Virus record (IMG/VR): IMGVR_UViG_3300032282_001987
Source of the DNA: an uncultured virus (IMG/VR IMGVR_UViG_3300032282_001987)
Lineage: Duplodnaviria > Heunggongvirae > Uroviricota > Caudoviricetes
Strand: one strand, 5' to 3'
DNA: 64,000 nt
Shown here: piece by piece, positions 49,676 to 59,934 of the stretch
Position numbering within the stretch: the first letter of the stretch is position 1
How the letters are laid out: the number at the start of each line of letters is the position of its first letter
Position numbers and translations under genes: made by a program
Notes under the pieces: model-generated
Seen by the model: the letters and a program-made list of their open reading frames with translations, nothing else
What the model was told of the DNA's origin: nothing
Database searches by the model: none

Positions 49676-50603
49676 TATCGCAGACTTGGATTGCATCTAC
49701 TTGAGCTATGATGAGCCACAGAAAGAAGAATTCTGGGTGAAGATCAAGAACATGGTGCCATGGGTTAGGCGTGTCGATGGAGTGAAAGGTAGCGATGCAG
49801 CACACAAAGCCGCAGCAGAGGAGAGCGATACAGAGCGTTTCATATTGATCGATGGTGACAATATGCCTGATATCAAATTCTTCAACTTGGAACTAGACTT
49901 TCGTGATAAGCATCCTGATTATAAGTTAGCGCAGTTCCGCTGGAAAGCGATAAACAATATCAACGGGTTGCGATATGGTAATGGGGGGATGAGCAGCTGG
50001 ACTAAAACTTATGTGGCTAACATGAGTACGCATGAACAAAGCGGTGGTGATGATAGAACCACAGTAGATTTCTGTTTAGATAGCAGTGATAATCTATATT
50101 GGTCTATGTATGATTGTTATTCTACAACATATCCTAACTATACATCTTTCCAAGCCTGGCGTGCTGGATTCCGAGAAGGAGTCAAGATGTGTCTAGTGGT
50201 AGGGAAGAAGCCACAGATCAATGAATTCAAGATGAGCGTAGCCAGCCGCAATCTCAACAATCTCACTATCTGGCATAATGTAGGCATGGATGTAGAGAAC
50301 GGTGATTGGGCTATAATGGGAGCACGAATGGGTACGTATATGGCCATGCTCACAGACTGGGACACACAGCAAGTACAGTGGTTCGATAACTATCTAGATT
50401 TATGGGAACAAGTCAAAGACAAAGATCCATCACAGTTGTCAGAAGAATATGGCGATGAGTTAAAGACTAAATTAGGGTTGCCCATCTGTACATTGAGCAA
50501 AGAGCAGAGCGCATTTTTCAAGCGCCACTACAATACAGACAAACATAATCTAGGCATCTTGGTAAAAGAGATGGATGTGATCAGAAAAATAGAGGGATGG
50601 TAA
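49656..50603 (+). CDS. Glycosyltransferase-like protein (GT-A fold)
   Basis: DCIYLSYDEP, RVDGVKGSDAAHKAAA, FILIDGDN (DxD), YGNGG, QAWRAGFREGVK. Confidence 0.65.
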   Translation: MNSDLIDIADLDCIYLSYDEPQKEEFWVKIKNMVPWVRRVDGVKGSDAAHKAAAEESDTERFILIDGDNMPDIKFFNLELDFRDKHPDYKLAQFRWKAINNINGLRYGNGGMSSWTKTYVANMSTHEQSGGDDRTTVDFCLDSSDNLYWSMYDCYSTTYPNYTSFQAWRAGFREGVKMCLVVGKKPQINEFKMSVASRNLNNLTIWHNVGMDVENGDWAIMGARMGTYMAMLTDWDTQQVQWFDNYLDLWEQVKDKDPSQLSEEYGDELKTKLGLPICTLSKEQSAFFKRHYNTDKHNLGILVKEMDVIRKIEGW

Positions 50604-50606
50604 ACA

Positions 50607-52004
50607 ATGTCAGATATCAAACAGCATTTAAAATTAGTTAAGCAAAAATTAGATACGATTAGCCCCACCTTTTGTGCGGCTAAATGGAAACAAGTAACTA
50701 TGCATCTACAAACGGGGCACACCCATAGTTGTCATCACCCGCAGACACATAAGATTCCATTGTCTGAACTAGTAGTCAATCCCTCTGCATTACATAATAC
50801 TATGTTTAAGAAAGAACAGAGGAAGATGATGCTAGAAGGAGAGCGTCCACCGGAATGCGATTACTGCTGGAAAGTAGAAGATACAGCGGCACCCGATAGC
50901 TATAGTGATAGAGTATATAAGAGTTCAGATAATTGGGCTATGCCTTATATCGATGATATCGCTAGCAAACCATGGGATGATGATGTCGTACCTAGCTATG
51001 TAGAAGTTAGCTTTAGTAGCGTCTGTAATTTTAAATGTAGCTATTGCTCACCGCATGTAAGTTCTAGATGGATGGAAGAGATCATAGCACTGGGCCCATA
51101 CCCTACACTAGATCATTTCAATAGCCTCAACCCTAATCAGATTCCTATCCCGCACAGGGAAGAAAATCCTTATATTGATGCGTTCTGGAAATGGTGGCCT
51201 ACTGCATATGGACAACTAGAACATTTTAGGATCACGGGCGGGGAACCGCTGTTGAGCAAAGAGACATTTAAGATTCTCGATTATGTCATCGAGAACCCAA
51301 ACAAAAAACTGGACATCAGTATCAATTCCAACATGTGTCCACCAGACGAGATTCTAGAAAAATTCATCGAAAAAATTAAAATCATCGTGCGTGAGGGTAA
51401 AGCCGGTTCTGTAAAAATATTTACTAGTGCAGAAGCATATGGTGCTCAAGCAGAATATATCAGGAATGGTATGAGTTATTCCTTATGGATCTCTAACATA
51501 GAACGAATGCTCACGGAGATTCCTGGACTATCGTTCACCATCATGAGCACTTATAATGCATTGAGCGTGACTAGCTATTCTAGATTTTTAGAAGATATCG
51601 TGATGCTCAAGAAAAAATATTTCAAACCACAATTCAAATTCTCTCCGGTCACATTAGACATCCCGTATCTCAGATATCCACAACATCAGTCTATTTTTAT
51701 ATTGACTGATGATTTTGTGCAGACGATACATGACCATGTGACTTTCATGTATTCTCATCTCGAAAGCAAAGAATGGGAAGGTAGTGTATACCGTGGGTTC
51801 CATTCTCATGAGGCAGAACGTATGAAAAGAATCTATGAGATGGTATTAAATCATCCCAAAGGTGTAAATGAAGCATATAATGATGTAAAAAGGAAAGATT
51901 TCGTTGCATTCGTTGATGAGCATGATAAGAGACGCGGTACTAACTTCTTGGAGACATTTCCTGAGATGGCTGATTTCTATAAACATTGCAAGGAAATTCA
52001 ATGA
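50607..52004 (+). CDS. Radical SAM protein with N-terminal Cys/His (twitch-like) domain
   Basis: CNFKCSYC (CxxxCxxC), ITGGEPLL; N-terminal FCAAKW...HSCHH...ECDYCW. Confidence 0.88.
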   Translation: MSDIKQHLKLVKQKLDTISPTFCAAKWKQVTMHLQTGHTHSCHHPQTHKIPLSELVVNPSALHNTMFKKEQRKMMLEGERPPECDYCWKVEDTAAPDSYSDRVYKSSDNWAMPYIDDIASKPWDDDVVPSYVEVSFSSVCNFKCSYCSPHVSSRWMEEIIALGPYPTLDHFNSLNPNQIPIPHREENPYIDAFWKWWPTAYGQLEHFRITGGEPLLSKETFKILDYVIENPNKKLDISINSNMCPPDEILEKFIEKIKIIVREGKAGSVKIFTSAEAYGAQAEYIRNGMSYSLWISNIERMLTEIPGLSFTIMSTYNALSVTSYSRFLEDIVMLKKKYFKPQFKFSPVTLDIPYLRYPQHQSIFILTDDFVQTIHDHVTFMYSHLESKEWEGSVYRGFHSHEAERMKRIYEMVLNHPKGVNEAYNDVKRKDFVAFVDEHDKRRGTNFLETFPEMADFYKHCKEIQ

Positions 52005-53416
52005 TTTACCGTTATCGTATACATTTTTTGTATGACTATGTATTCGCACACATGGTATTACCTAATGCGTTGATAACTGAATATGGTATAATAAATTATC
52101 TACACAGCCTATATTCTAACAAACTACGGAACGACTGTTTCACAGATCCGAAGCACATCAACTCATCGCAACTATTGTTCGATAACAATCTAGGGAGATG
52201 GCCCAACAGTCTCCGGCAGAATGGGTCCCATCTCAAATCGCACTTCTATTCGGAATATCTAGATTATTGCGAAGATTCTTTGTATTTTGGAAAAAAGAAA
52301 ACAAACAAATATGTGTATCCTATAAAGATAACACCGTTCATGGATGAATTTTCTGCTTGTAATCTTTCCCCGGCTAATAAATTGACAGGAGAGTATTTCT
52401 GGAAACATATGTCTATGGAAGCATTGCAAGATGCACGCCATGGCAAAGCCTTGATCTTCTTAGATTACGCCCAAGAAAATTTCATAGAGCGAGAAGTGTA
52501 TCTCAATTTACATGAGAGTCTACGGAATAGTGGTATACCTAAAGAACAGATATTATTGGCATTCAATAGCCTCAATGCACAAGAAGTATATGAATCTTGG
52601 TTCTCGCCAGACGAGAGGAGATTGGAAGTTAGAAATTGGCCTTATGTCATGATGGCATCTTCGTTTCATTATGTCTCTAACCAACAGAGCAGGATGACTG
52701 AGCAGACATTCTTATCTACGTCCTCTACCTTAAGAAAAAATCATTTTTTATTTAAAATACGCAACACTAGACCCCATCGATTAGCATTATTATTCAAGTT
52801 GGCTAGTGATGGTCTGTTAGAGAAGGGAGACTGGTCTTGTTTGACCCAGATACATTATGACAATTCTCATATATCACATATAGCCAATCGTTATAAGTTC
52901 GATTTGAATCTGCCTATTATAGAGCAACTGCATAGAAAATTACCACACGTATTACAGTCTGAGACAAATATAAAACACAGCGATGTCAGTGCATGGACAG
53001 ATGCTGGCCCCGTAGCACATCTGAACTCATATTTCTATATATGTACCGAGACATATGTACACGGAGAGTACCAGTCATTGACTGAGAAGGTATTCAAACC
53101 TATCATAAATTTCCAACCATTTTTATTTGTCGCATATCCGAATGCGTTGCGCGTGATACGTGATCTAGGATTCAAGACCTTCGATCCTTATATAGATGAG
53201 AGTTATGATGATGAAAAAGATGAAGCAACTAGGATAAACCTGATATACAGGGAGATATCTAGGTTATGCTCTATGGACTTAAATGAATTACATGAATGGT
53301 ATTGGTCTATGCAGGATATATTGATACACAATCATAGGCATATGTTAGAGTTATATAAACATGATGTGAAGGGACCCGAATTGATAAAATATTTGTACGA
53401 GAAGACCATTTCATAA
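52001..53416 (+). CDS. Putative glycosyltransferase (GT-B-like C-terminal domain)
   Basis: RPHR..L, YICTET...LTEKVFKPIINFQPF...LGFKTF.PYIDESYD; paralogue of 54591-55970. Confidence 0.5.
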   Translation: MIYRYRIHFLYDYVFAHMVLPNALITEYGIINYLHSLYSNKLRNDCFTDPKHINSSQLLFDNNLGRWPNSLRQNGSHLKSHFYSEYLDYCEDSLYFGKKKTNKYVYPIKITPFMDEFSACNLSPANKLTGEYFWKHMSMEALQDARHGKALIFLDYAQENFIEREVYLNLHESLRNSGIPKEQILLAFNSLNAQEVYESWFSPDERRLEVRNWPYVMMASSFHYVSNQQSRMTEQTFLSTSSTLRKNHFLFKIRNTRPHRLALLFKLASDGLLEKGDWSCLTQIHYDNSHISHIANRYKFDLNLPIIEQLHRKLPHVLQSETNIKHSDVSAWTDAGPVAHLNSYFYICTETYVHGEYQSLTEKVFKPIINFQPFLFVAYPNALRVIRDLGFKTFDPYIDESYDDEKDEATRINLIYREISRLCSMDLNELHEWYWSMQDILIHNHRHMLELYKHDVKGPELIKYLYEKTIS

Positions 53417-53434
53417 ATATCAAGGCGAGGTTAG

Positions 53435-53980
53435 ATGAATTATAAAACTGTTAAATGGGACCGCACTGATATCTCATTCCTTACTACTTTTGGAACAGAT
53501 GTTCCTATCTACTCTCCTTCGGTTTATCGTGAGTTTCGAGGGGAGATATTCACTACATATCATTCAATAACACATCCGGCTAATCTAGATATACCTGATA
53601 ACACCGTCACCCATAATAGATTTTCTAAATCATATGCGGGAGTATTGCGCGGGTTGCACTATGACAATAAGACATGGAAAGTAGTACAAGCTATCGTGGG
53701 TGATATCTATCTAGTGATACTGGATATGCGTGACGATTCACCCACTTACGGTAAATGGGAATCATATATCATCTCAGACAAAACACGGCAACAGGTATTG
53801 ATACCACCGGGGTTCGCTAATGGACATTATGCATTGACTGACTGCATATTCCATTACACGATGTTTTATGAAGGTGATTATGTAGACGAGACTAAACAGA
53901 ATGTAGTCAAGTGGAACGACCAGCAATTCAACATAGACTGGCCCACTGACTCACCTATATTACAAGCGAGAGATCGATGA
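53435..53980 (+). CDS. rmlC: NDP-4-keto-6-deoxyhexose 3,5-epimerase (RmlC cupin)
   Basis: RG.IF, S..GVLRGLHY, D.R.DSPTYGKW, QVLIPPGFANGH, WND....IDWP; CATAAATA box at 53412-53419. Confidence 0.9.
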   Translation: MNYKTVKWDRTDISFLTTFGTDVPIYSPSVYREFRGEIFTTYHSITHPANLDIPDNTVTHNRFSKSYAGVLRGLHYDNKTWKVVQAIVGDIYLVILDMRDDSPTYGKWESYIISDKTRQQVLIPPGFANGHYALTDCIFHYTMFYEGDYVDETKQNVVKWNDQQFNIDWPTDSPILQARDR

Positions 53981-54606
53981 TATATTCTTTAGAACAATAT
54001 CCAAGACAGAGAGAGATCACCATAACCAAAGAAGATTTGATCGCATTCGAGGAATCGATCATCTCTCATTGGGAGAATGCGAAAATACGAGGTCCCATAC
54101 ACTTATCCAATGGTAACGAAGAACCTTTGATAGATATATTCAGCAGGATAAAGACTAGCGATTGGGTATTCTCTACTTGGAGATCACACTATCACGCATT
54201 GCTGAAGGGTATAGACCCTAAATTCATAGAGAATGAAATACTTGCAGGTAAATCTATCAGCATATGCAACATCGATGAGAAGTTCTATTCATCCGCGATT
54301 GTAGGTGGAACACTATCTATCGCACTGGGTGTTGCTATGGGATTAAAGAGAGATAGATCATCAGATAAAGCATGGTGTTTCTTGGGAGACATGAGTTTCG
54401 AGAGCGGTATATTTTACGAAGCGCATAGGTATGCTAGAAATTTCGATCTTCCATTATATTTTATTGTAGAGGATAATGGATTATCTACTTATACCCCCAC
54501 TGTAGATGCTTGGAACATACTGAAAGACATCCCTCTCGATGTGATACACTATGAATACAAATCTAAATATCCCCATTACGGTACAGGAAAATGGATCGTA
54601 TTCTAA
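53977..54606 (+). CDS. ThDP-dependent enzyme, E1-alpha-like subunit (short)
   Basis: GPIHLSNGNE, STWRSHYHAL, SAIVGG, ThDP motif GDMSFESG...FIVEDN. Confidence 0.85.
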   Translation: MIYSLEQYPRQREITITKEDLIAFEESIISHWENAKIRGPIHLSNGNEEPLIDIFSRIKTSDWVFSTWRSHYHALLKGIDPKFIENEILAGKSISICNIDEKFYSSAIVGGTLSIALGVAMGLKRDRSSDKAWCFLGDMSFESGIFYEAHRYARNFDLPLYFIVEDNGLSTYTPTVDAWNILKDIPLDVIHYEYKSKYPHYGTGKWIVF

Positions 54607-55970
54607 AACTGGTCTATGATAATTGGTATGTGAATGGTGACATCGAATTTCCTATAGCTAACGGGATGCATCCTGACGCCATTGCTAGTGCGAGGCAGAT
54701 GTTAGATTATAAATCTATATCTAATCTCGATGCAGCACGTAATGAATTTACACAACGAATGCTAAGTAGCAAACCAGAAGCTAAATTCCGTAATCATGAT
54801 AATTTTCTAAATTATTACCGCAGAAATAATCTACAACAACATCTAATCAGGGTGGAACAGATAGTCGATGATGGGTCTGCCTACATATATCTATTGGAGA
54901 TAATGACTGATTTACAGAGCTTATACAAAAAGCATGAAACAGGTAGTCATACTTTTTATCTACATGATATGATATCACCGGCTGCGCTAGAACATATGAA
55001 GAATGGAAAATTAAAGATCGTGATAAGTTTCGCGCATGATCCAGTGACACAGGCGGTCGAGATAGTGAATATAGAAAAATATTTTCATGATCTAGGAATA
55101 AAAGGTAGCAATGTGATCATCATCGCGGGTAATGATTTTAAAGAAAATCCCACTAAGATAAGAATTATTAGAGGTGATCTATTCACACAGCAGGCGGCAG
55201 AAAAGATGCTAAATTATCCCCATGCGGGAAATCTAGGATACGTGTCGGATAACGTCAAAGAATCAGATTTAGACAGTAGTATCGTCAGAAAAAACAAATT
55301 CATCTGTTTTAATCGTCAGATGAATTACAGATATCATAGACCGGTGCTAGCATACTTCGCATTGAAGCATGATCTACTGCAAGAAGGTATCTTCAGTTTC
55401 ATAGGAAAAATAGATGATCCGTTAGATTCTCTGTTGCGATTATGTGATGATGATCCTAGAATTTTAGGTGAGTTCGCAACTAGAATACGAGATATGATCC
55501 CTTATGAGATAGATACTCAGATACTCGATTCTTCTTCGAAAACTAATTTTAACACAGATAATAATAGAAAAGATTTATACTTAGATACATATCTTCATAT
55601 AGTGTCTGAGACTAGATTCGAAGAAGGATCATCACCCTTTATGTCTGAAAAAACATTCAGACCCATCGTGAATCTACAGCCATTTTTGTATTTCGGAAAT
55701 CATCATTCGTTAGCACACTTGCGGGATCTAGGATTCAAGACCTTTCACCCCTTCATCGATGAAAGCTATGATGATGAAATAAATCCAAAAAACAGAATGT
55801 TGATGTTAGAGAGGGAGTTAGTGAAGTTTCATGCAATGTCTATAAATGATATACATGATTGGTACTATTCTATCACTGATACATTGATACATAATCAGCG
55901 TCATCTAGCAACATTCAAAGATACGAATCCCTACAACTCTGTTGTAGAAAAACTTACGAGAGAGAAATAA
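54591..55970 (+). CDS. Putative glycosyltransferase, paralogue of 52001-53416
   Basis: KFICFNR...HR, HIVSET...MSEKTFRPIVNLQPF...LGFKTFHPFIDESYD. Confidence 0.5.
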   Translation: MDRILKLVYDNWYVNGDIEFPIANGMHPDAIASARQMLDYKSISNLDAARNEFTQRMLSSKPEAKFRNHDNFLNYYRRNNLQQHLIRVEQIVDDGSAYIYLLEIMTDLQSLYKKHETGSHTFYLHDMISPAALEHMKNGKLKIVISFAHDPVTQAVEIVNIEKYFHDLGIKGSNVIIIAGNDFKENPTKIRIIRGDLFTQQAAEKMLNYPHAGNLGYVSDNVKESDLDSSIVRKNKFICFNRQMNYRYHRPVLAYFALKHDLLQEGIFSFIGKIDDPLDSLLRLCDDDPRILGEFATRIRDMIPYEIDTQILDSSSKTNFNTDNNRKDLYLDTYLHIVSETRFEEGSSPFMSEKTFRPIVNLQPFLYFGNHHSLAHLRDLGFKTFHPFIDESYDDEINPKNRMLMLERELVKFHAMSINDIHDWYYSITDTLIHNQRHLATFKDTNPYNSVVEKLTREK

Positions 55971-55971
55971 T

Positions 55972-56955
55972 ATGGAGTTGAAGAATAAAAATGTTTTGAT
56001 AACTGGCGCCAGCGGACTAGTTGGTTTGCCCACTGTGCGTAAATGTATAGAAGAAGGGGCCAATAAAGTCTATGCGGTAGATATCAACATCAGTGACAAA
56101 CTATTAGAATTACAGAAGATGTATCCTAATATCGATCTAGTGCAGACAGATTTGACATATCTTAACAACTGTGAAGAATTATTCCGAGACACTGATATCG
56201 ATATCGTATTGCATATTGCCGGAGTGAAGGGCTCTCCTGCTAGATCATCGAAGCAACCATGTGATTATCTATTTCCTATGTTGATGTTCAATACTAATAT
56301 GATCAAAGCGGCGTTCGATGCTAGAGTACATTGGTTCGTATATCTATCTTCTGTGGGAGTATATCAGCCGGCTGAATTGATGATAGAAGATGAAGTATGG
56401 AACTCTCATCCATCTAAGAATGACTGGCATCCAGGATGGACGAAACGCATGGGCGAGGTCACATTGGATGCGATAAAAGTACAGTATGGTTGGGATAACT
56501 GGACAGTTATCCGGCCATCAAATATTTATGGACTGAACGATAACTATGCACCCGATGCTACTGTGATCAGTACTAATATCTGGAAATTGTTCAACGTAGA
56601 AGGAGATGATATAGTATGCTGGGGCAATGGATCTGCCCGCAGAGATTTTGTCTTTGGTGATGACGTAGCTCAAGCAACTATCGATGTAGTCAAGAAAGAA
56701 GTCAAGGATATCATCAACTTTGGATGCGGTGAGGCAGTATCTATAAAGGATACCATAGAGACGATCATCGAAGCATATAACGAGATAACAGGCTTGACTA
56801 AGAATATAGTATGGGACGAGACAAAGATGAATGGTGATCCAGTGAGATGTCTCGATGCAGGAAAACAAAAGAAATATGGTATACTACCGAGAACTACATT
56901 GAAAGATGGTATCAAGCAATCTATCATGGCATATAAAGAAAGATTAGGTAAATGA
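55972..56955 (+). CDS. NAD(P)-dependent NDP-sugar epimerase/reductase (extended SDR, GDP-fucose-synthase-like)
   Basis: LITGASGLVG, YLSSVGVY, IRPSNIYG, WGNGSARRDF. Confidence 0.85.
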   Translation: MELKNKNVLITGASGLVGLPTVRKCIEEGANKVYAVDINISDKLLELQKMYPNIDLVQTDLTYLNNCEELFRDTDIDIVLHIAGVKGSPARSSKQPCDYLFPMLMFNTNMIKAAFDARVHWFVYLSSVGVYQPAELMIEDEVWNSHPSKNDWHPGWTKRMGEVTLDAIKVQYGWDNWTVIRPSNIYGLNDNYAPDATVISTNIWKLFNVEGDDIVCWGNGSARRDFVFGDDVAQATIDVVKKEVKDIINFGCGEAVSIKDTIETIIEAYNEITGLTKNIVWDETKMNGDPVRCLDAGKQKKYGILPRTTLKDGIKQSIMAYKERLGK

Positions 56956-57944
56956 AAAAAACAGATAAGATTTTAGTGACGGGTGCATCAGGATTCATAG
57001 GATCGCATATATTGCGAGTCCTATATCAGAAAGGATTCACTAATCTACGTGCATCTTCATGGTCGCGTGATCTACGCAATGATTTTCTTGGGTGCGAGAA
57101 TATAGAATTGATCAAAGGTGATTTACGAAGTATACAGTTCTGTAAAGAATTAACTACCGGAATAGATGTGGTCATACATTGTGCCGCTAACACATCGAAT
57201 GCACTAGATACTAAATTCAATCCAATGTTGCATGTGACACCCAATGTCATCATGAATACCATATTGATGGAAGAATCTTGGAAGAATAAAGTTAGAAAAT
57301 TTGTATTCTTGTCTACCGGGAATGTCAATGGAGATCTGGGAGACGAATACGCGACCGAAGATATGAATGTTCATTCTTATCCACTAGTCCCGGTATACAA
57401 AGCAGTAGGTGCGATGAAGCGGTTCGGTGAGATGATGTGTGATTTTTTCAGCAACCAGATAAATTATCCTATGCAATGCATAATCATACGTCCTAGCAAT
57501 GCATTTGGTCCCAACGACAAATTCGATTTCGAGAAATGTCATGTGACTCCTGCTAACATCCGTAAAGTAGCAGATGGATTGAATCCTATCCCACTATGGG
57601 GAGATGGTACAGAGATACGCGATCTATTACATGCTGACGATATGGCTGAGGGTATCGTCTATGTAGCAGAACACGTAGATACATACGACATATATAATGT
57701 ATGCTACGGTGAAGGATTCAGTGTGAATCAAGTCCTCGCTTGGCTCAAAGAGATAGATAATAATACTAATCCCATAGTGAATGTACATAACAAAGCTCCC
57801 ATGATAACTCTAAGATTGATGTCTAGCAAAAAAATAAACGATCTAGGTTGGAGACCCAGACGGGATCTGAAGCAAGCATTGAGAGAGACGTTAGAGTGGT
57901 ATAGAGCCAACAAAGATCAATTCGATCCCAATTCAAAACCATGA
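56952..57944 (+). CDS. NAD(P)-dependent NDP-sugar epimerase/reductase (GDP-fucose-synthase-like)
   Basis: LVTGASGFIG, RPSNAFGPNDKF...HVTPA, WGDGTEIRD. Confidence 0.85.
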   Translation: MKKTDKILVTGASGFIGSHILRVLYQKGFTNLRASSWSRDLRNDFLGCENIELIKGDLRSIQFCKELTTGIDVVIHCAANTSNALDTKFNPMLHVTPNVIMNTILMEESWKNKVRKFVFLSTGNVNGDLGDEYATEDMNVHSYPLVPVYKAVGAMKRFGEMMCDFFSNQINYPMQCIIIRPSNAFGPNDKFDFEKCHVTPANIRKVADGLNPIPLWGDGTEIRDLLHADDMAEGIVYVAEHVDTYDIYNVCYGEGFSVNQVLAWLKEIDNNTNPIVNVHNKAPMITLRLMSSKKINDLGWRPRRDLKQALRETLEWYRANKDQFDPNSKP

Positions 57945-58879
57945 TTAATGTACTGATCACCGGTGGTGCTGGTTATCTAGGTTCTACACTAGCGGAATAT
58001 CTATTGACACGTGACTATGCTGTCACTGTATTCGATAATCTGTCGTATAAACAATTGTCCCTATTACATCTATTCAAGTATTCTAGATTCGAATTCGTGT
58101 TAAGTGATGTGCGAGACGATGACAGTCTATTAGCGCAGGTTAAAAAGCATGATGTGATCATACCGCTAGCAGCAATCGTGGGCATGCCTGCTTGCAAGGC
58201 CAATCCTCAGTTAGCCATCGATGTGAATTACAAGCAGATAGAATCTATCGTCAGTGTGTTATCTACAGAGCAACAACTCATATTACCCAATACCAATAGT
58301 CAATATGGGTCCTCTGACACGATCATCACCGAAGATAGTCCCTTCAAACCCTTATCATTATATTCTCAGACCAAATGCGATGCCGAAGATACGGTATTGC
58401 AAAAAGGTAATGGGATAGCGTTGAGATTGGCCACAGTATTTGGTGTCAGTCCTAGGATGAGACAAGACTTGCTAGTCAATGATTTTGTTTACAAGAGTTT
58501 GGTAGATGGGTATCTAGTATTATTTGAAGCCCACTTTAAACGTAACTATATACATGTGCAGGATATAGCACGTACTTTCGCATTCATGATGGATAATTAT
58601 GATATATGTAAAGGACAAGCATTCAATGTTGGATTATCTACTGCTAATCTCAGCAAGATGGAACTAGCGTTAAAGATAAAAGAGCATATACCGAAATTAG
58701 TTATCAAGCAGGATGAGTTTCAGGAAGATTTCGACAAACGTAACTACATCGTCTCTAATGAGAAGATAGAGAGATTGGGTTGGAAACCTGAGTTCGATCT
58801 TGATTATGGTATCAAGCAATTGATAGCAGCATATCAGATGACAGTAGTACATAATAATAGGAACTTCACAAATCTATGA
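57941..58879 (+). CDS. NAD-dependent epimerase/dehydratase
   Basis: LITGGAGYLG, LAAIVG.PAC, YSQTK (YxxxK), LRLATVFGVSPRMR.DL.VN. Confidence 0.88.
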   Translation: MINVLITGGAGYLGSTLAEYLLTRDYAVTVFDNLSYKQLSLLHLFKYSRFEFVLSDVRDDDSLLAQVKKHDVIIPLAAIVGMPACKANPQLAIDVNYKQIESIVSVLSTEQQLILPNTNSQYGSSDTIITEDSPFKPLSLYSQTKCDAEDTVLQKGNGIALRLATVFGVSPRMRQDLLVNDFVYKSLVDGYLVLFEAHFKRNYIHVQDIARTFAFMMDNYDICKGQAFNVGLSTANLSKMELALKIKEHIPKLVIKQDEFQEDFDKRNYIVSNEKIERLGWKPEFDLDYGIKQLIAAYQMTVVHNNRNFTNL

Positions 58880-59319
58880 GCCAGCGCAGATACTTACAGA
58901 CATTATCGGAATTGATCGACAGACTCAGTATCGTTCAATTAAAAGAGGTATTCATTCCTGAGCACAAAGAAGAATATGCTAAAGAGATATCAGATATCGT
59001 GCATGATATACAGTTGATACTAGATGAACAGAACGGTAACGTGACAGCAGAGACTATCCGAGCCATCGTTGTAGTATCACAGATGAATCTACATATATGG
59101 CATAACGAATCTAATTATCGCCGTGGGATCAAAGACGGTAATAATCTAGAACTAACGCATGGATTGAACGGTATCAGAAATACTGCCAAGAATATAATCC
59201 AAGAGGCCATAGGTGGTAGAAAAGATTACAAGGTAGATTGTCTAGCTGCTGACTTCAAAGACTGGGAGATAAGCTGGGATAGAGATGTCACGGAAGATAA
59301 CAAACCTTCAGTGCCTTGA
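58876..59319 (+). CDS. Small helical protein (DUF4254-like), unknown function
   Basis: TLSELIDRLSIVQLK, N..IWH.E, N..RN..K motifs. Confidence 0.55.
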   Translation: MSQRRYLQTLSELIDRLSIVQLKEVFIPEHKEEYAKEISDIVHDIQLILDEQNGNVTAETIRAIVVVSQMNLHIWHNESNYRRGIKDGNNLELTHGLNGIRNTAKNIIQEAIGGRKDYKVDCLAADFKDWEISWDRDVTEDNKPSVP

Positions 59320-59327
59320 GAATAACT

Positions 59328-59924
59328 ATGCCATACGATGATTCTATTCCAGGTTGGATGACTTCTGATGATCTAGATGTTATCACTCAGCTAGCTAACA
59401 TGGTTCCTGCCAATGGCACTGTAGTAGAGATAGGTAGTTTGTTTGGTAGGAGCACAGTTGCATGGGCTATGACATGCGATCCTTCAGTTAAAATATATTG
59501 TGGCGATATCTTTTATGAACAATACATAGAGAATCACAATCTAGATACCCCCACAGCACCTATCAGTGGTCACATGTATAATGCCTGGCAAGAATTTCAA
59601 AACAATACACGTAAATTTAATAATGTGATCCCGATGAGGGGCCGGGCCCCCAGAGAATCTAATTATAATGGTGGACCTATCGATATATTATTCGTGGATG
59701 CCTTACACAAAAATCCAGATGATTGGGAAATAATAAAATATTTCGCTCCGTATGTCAAAGTAGGAGGATTGATCGCAGGGCACGATTATAGAGATGATTT
59801 TATCGATGTGAAAGAAAATGCTGATAAATTATCTGCGATATACAATACACCGATCAAATTCTTTACCTCACAGTTCCCTAACACTATATGGAGCGTACAA
59901 GTTACCTCTATTGTAAATTTTTAG
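59328..59924 (+). CDS. Class I SAM-dependent methyltransferase (Methyltransf_24-like)
   Basis: IPGWM, VVEIGSLFGRST, IDILFVDALH, VKVGGLIAGHDY; start moved to ATG 59328. Confidence 0.85.
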   Translation: MPYDDSIPGWMTSDDLDVITQLANMVPANGTVVEIGSLFGRSTVAWAMTCDPSVKIYCGDIFYEQYIENHNLDTPTAPISGHMYNAWQEFQNNTRKFNNVIPMRGRAPRESNYNGGPIDILFVDALHKNPDDWEIIKYFAPYVKVGGLIAGHDYRDDFIDVKENADKLSAIYNTPIKFFTSQFPNTIWSVQVTSIVNF

Positions 59925-59934
59925 AAAGAAACAG

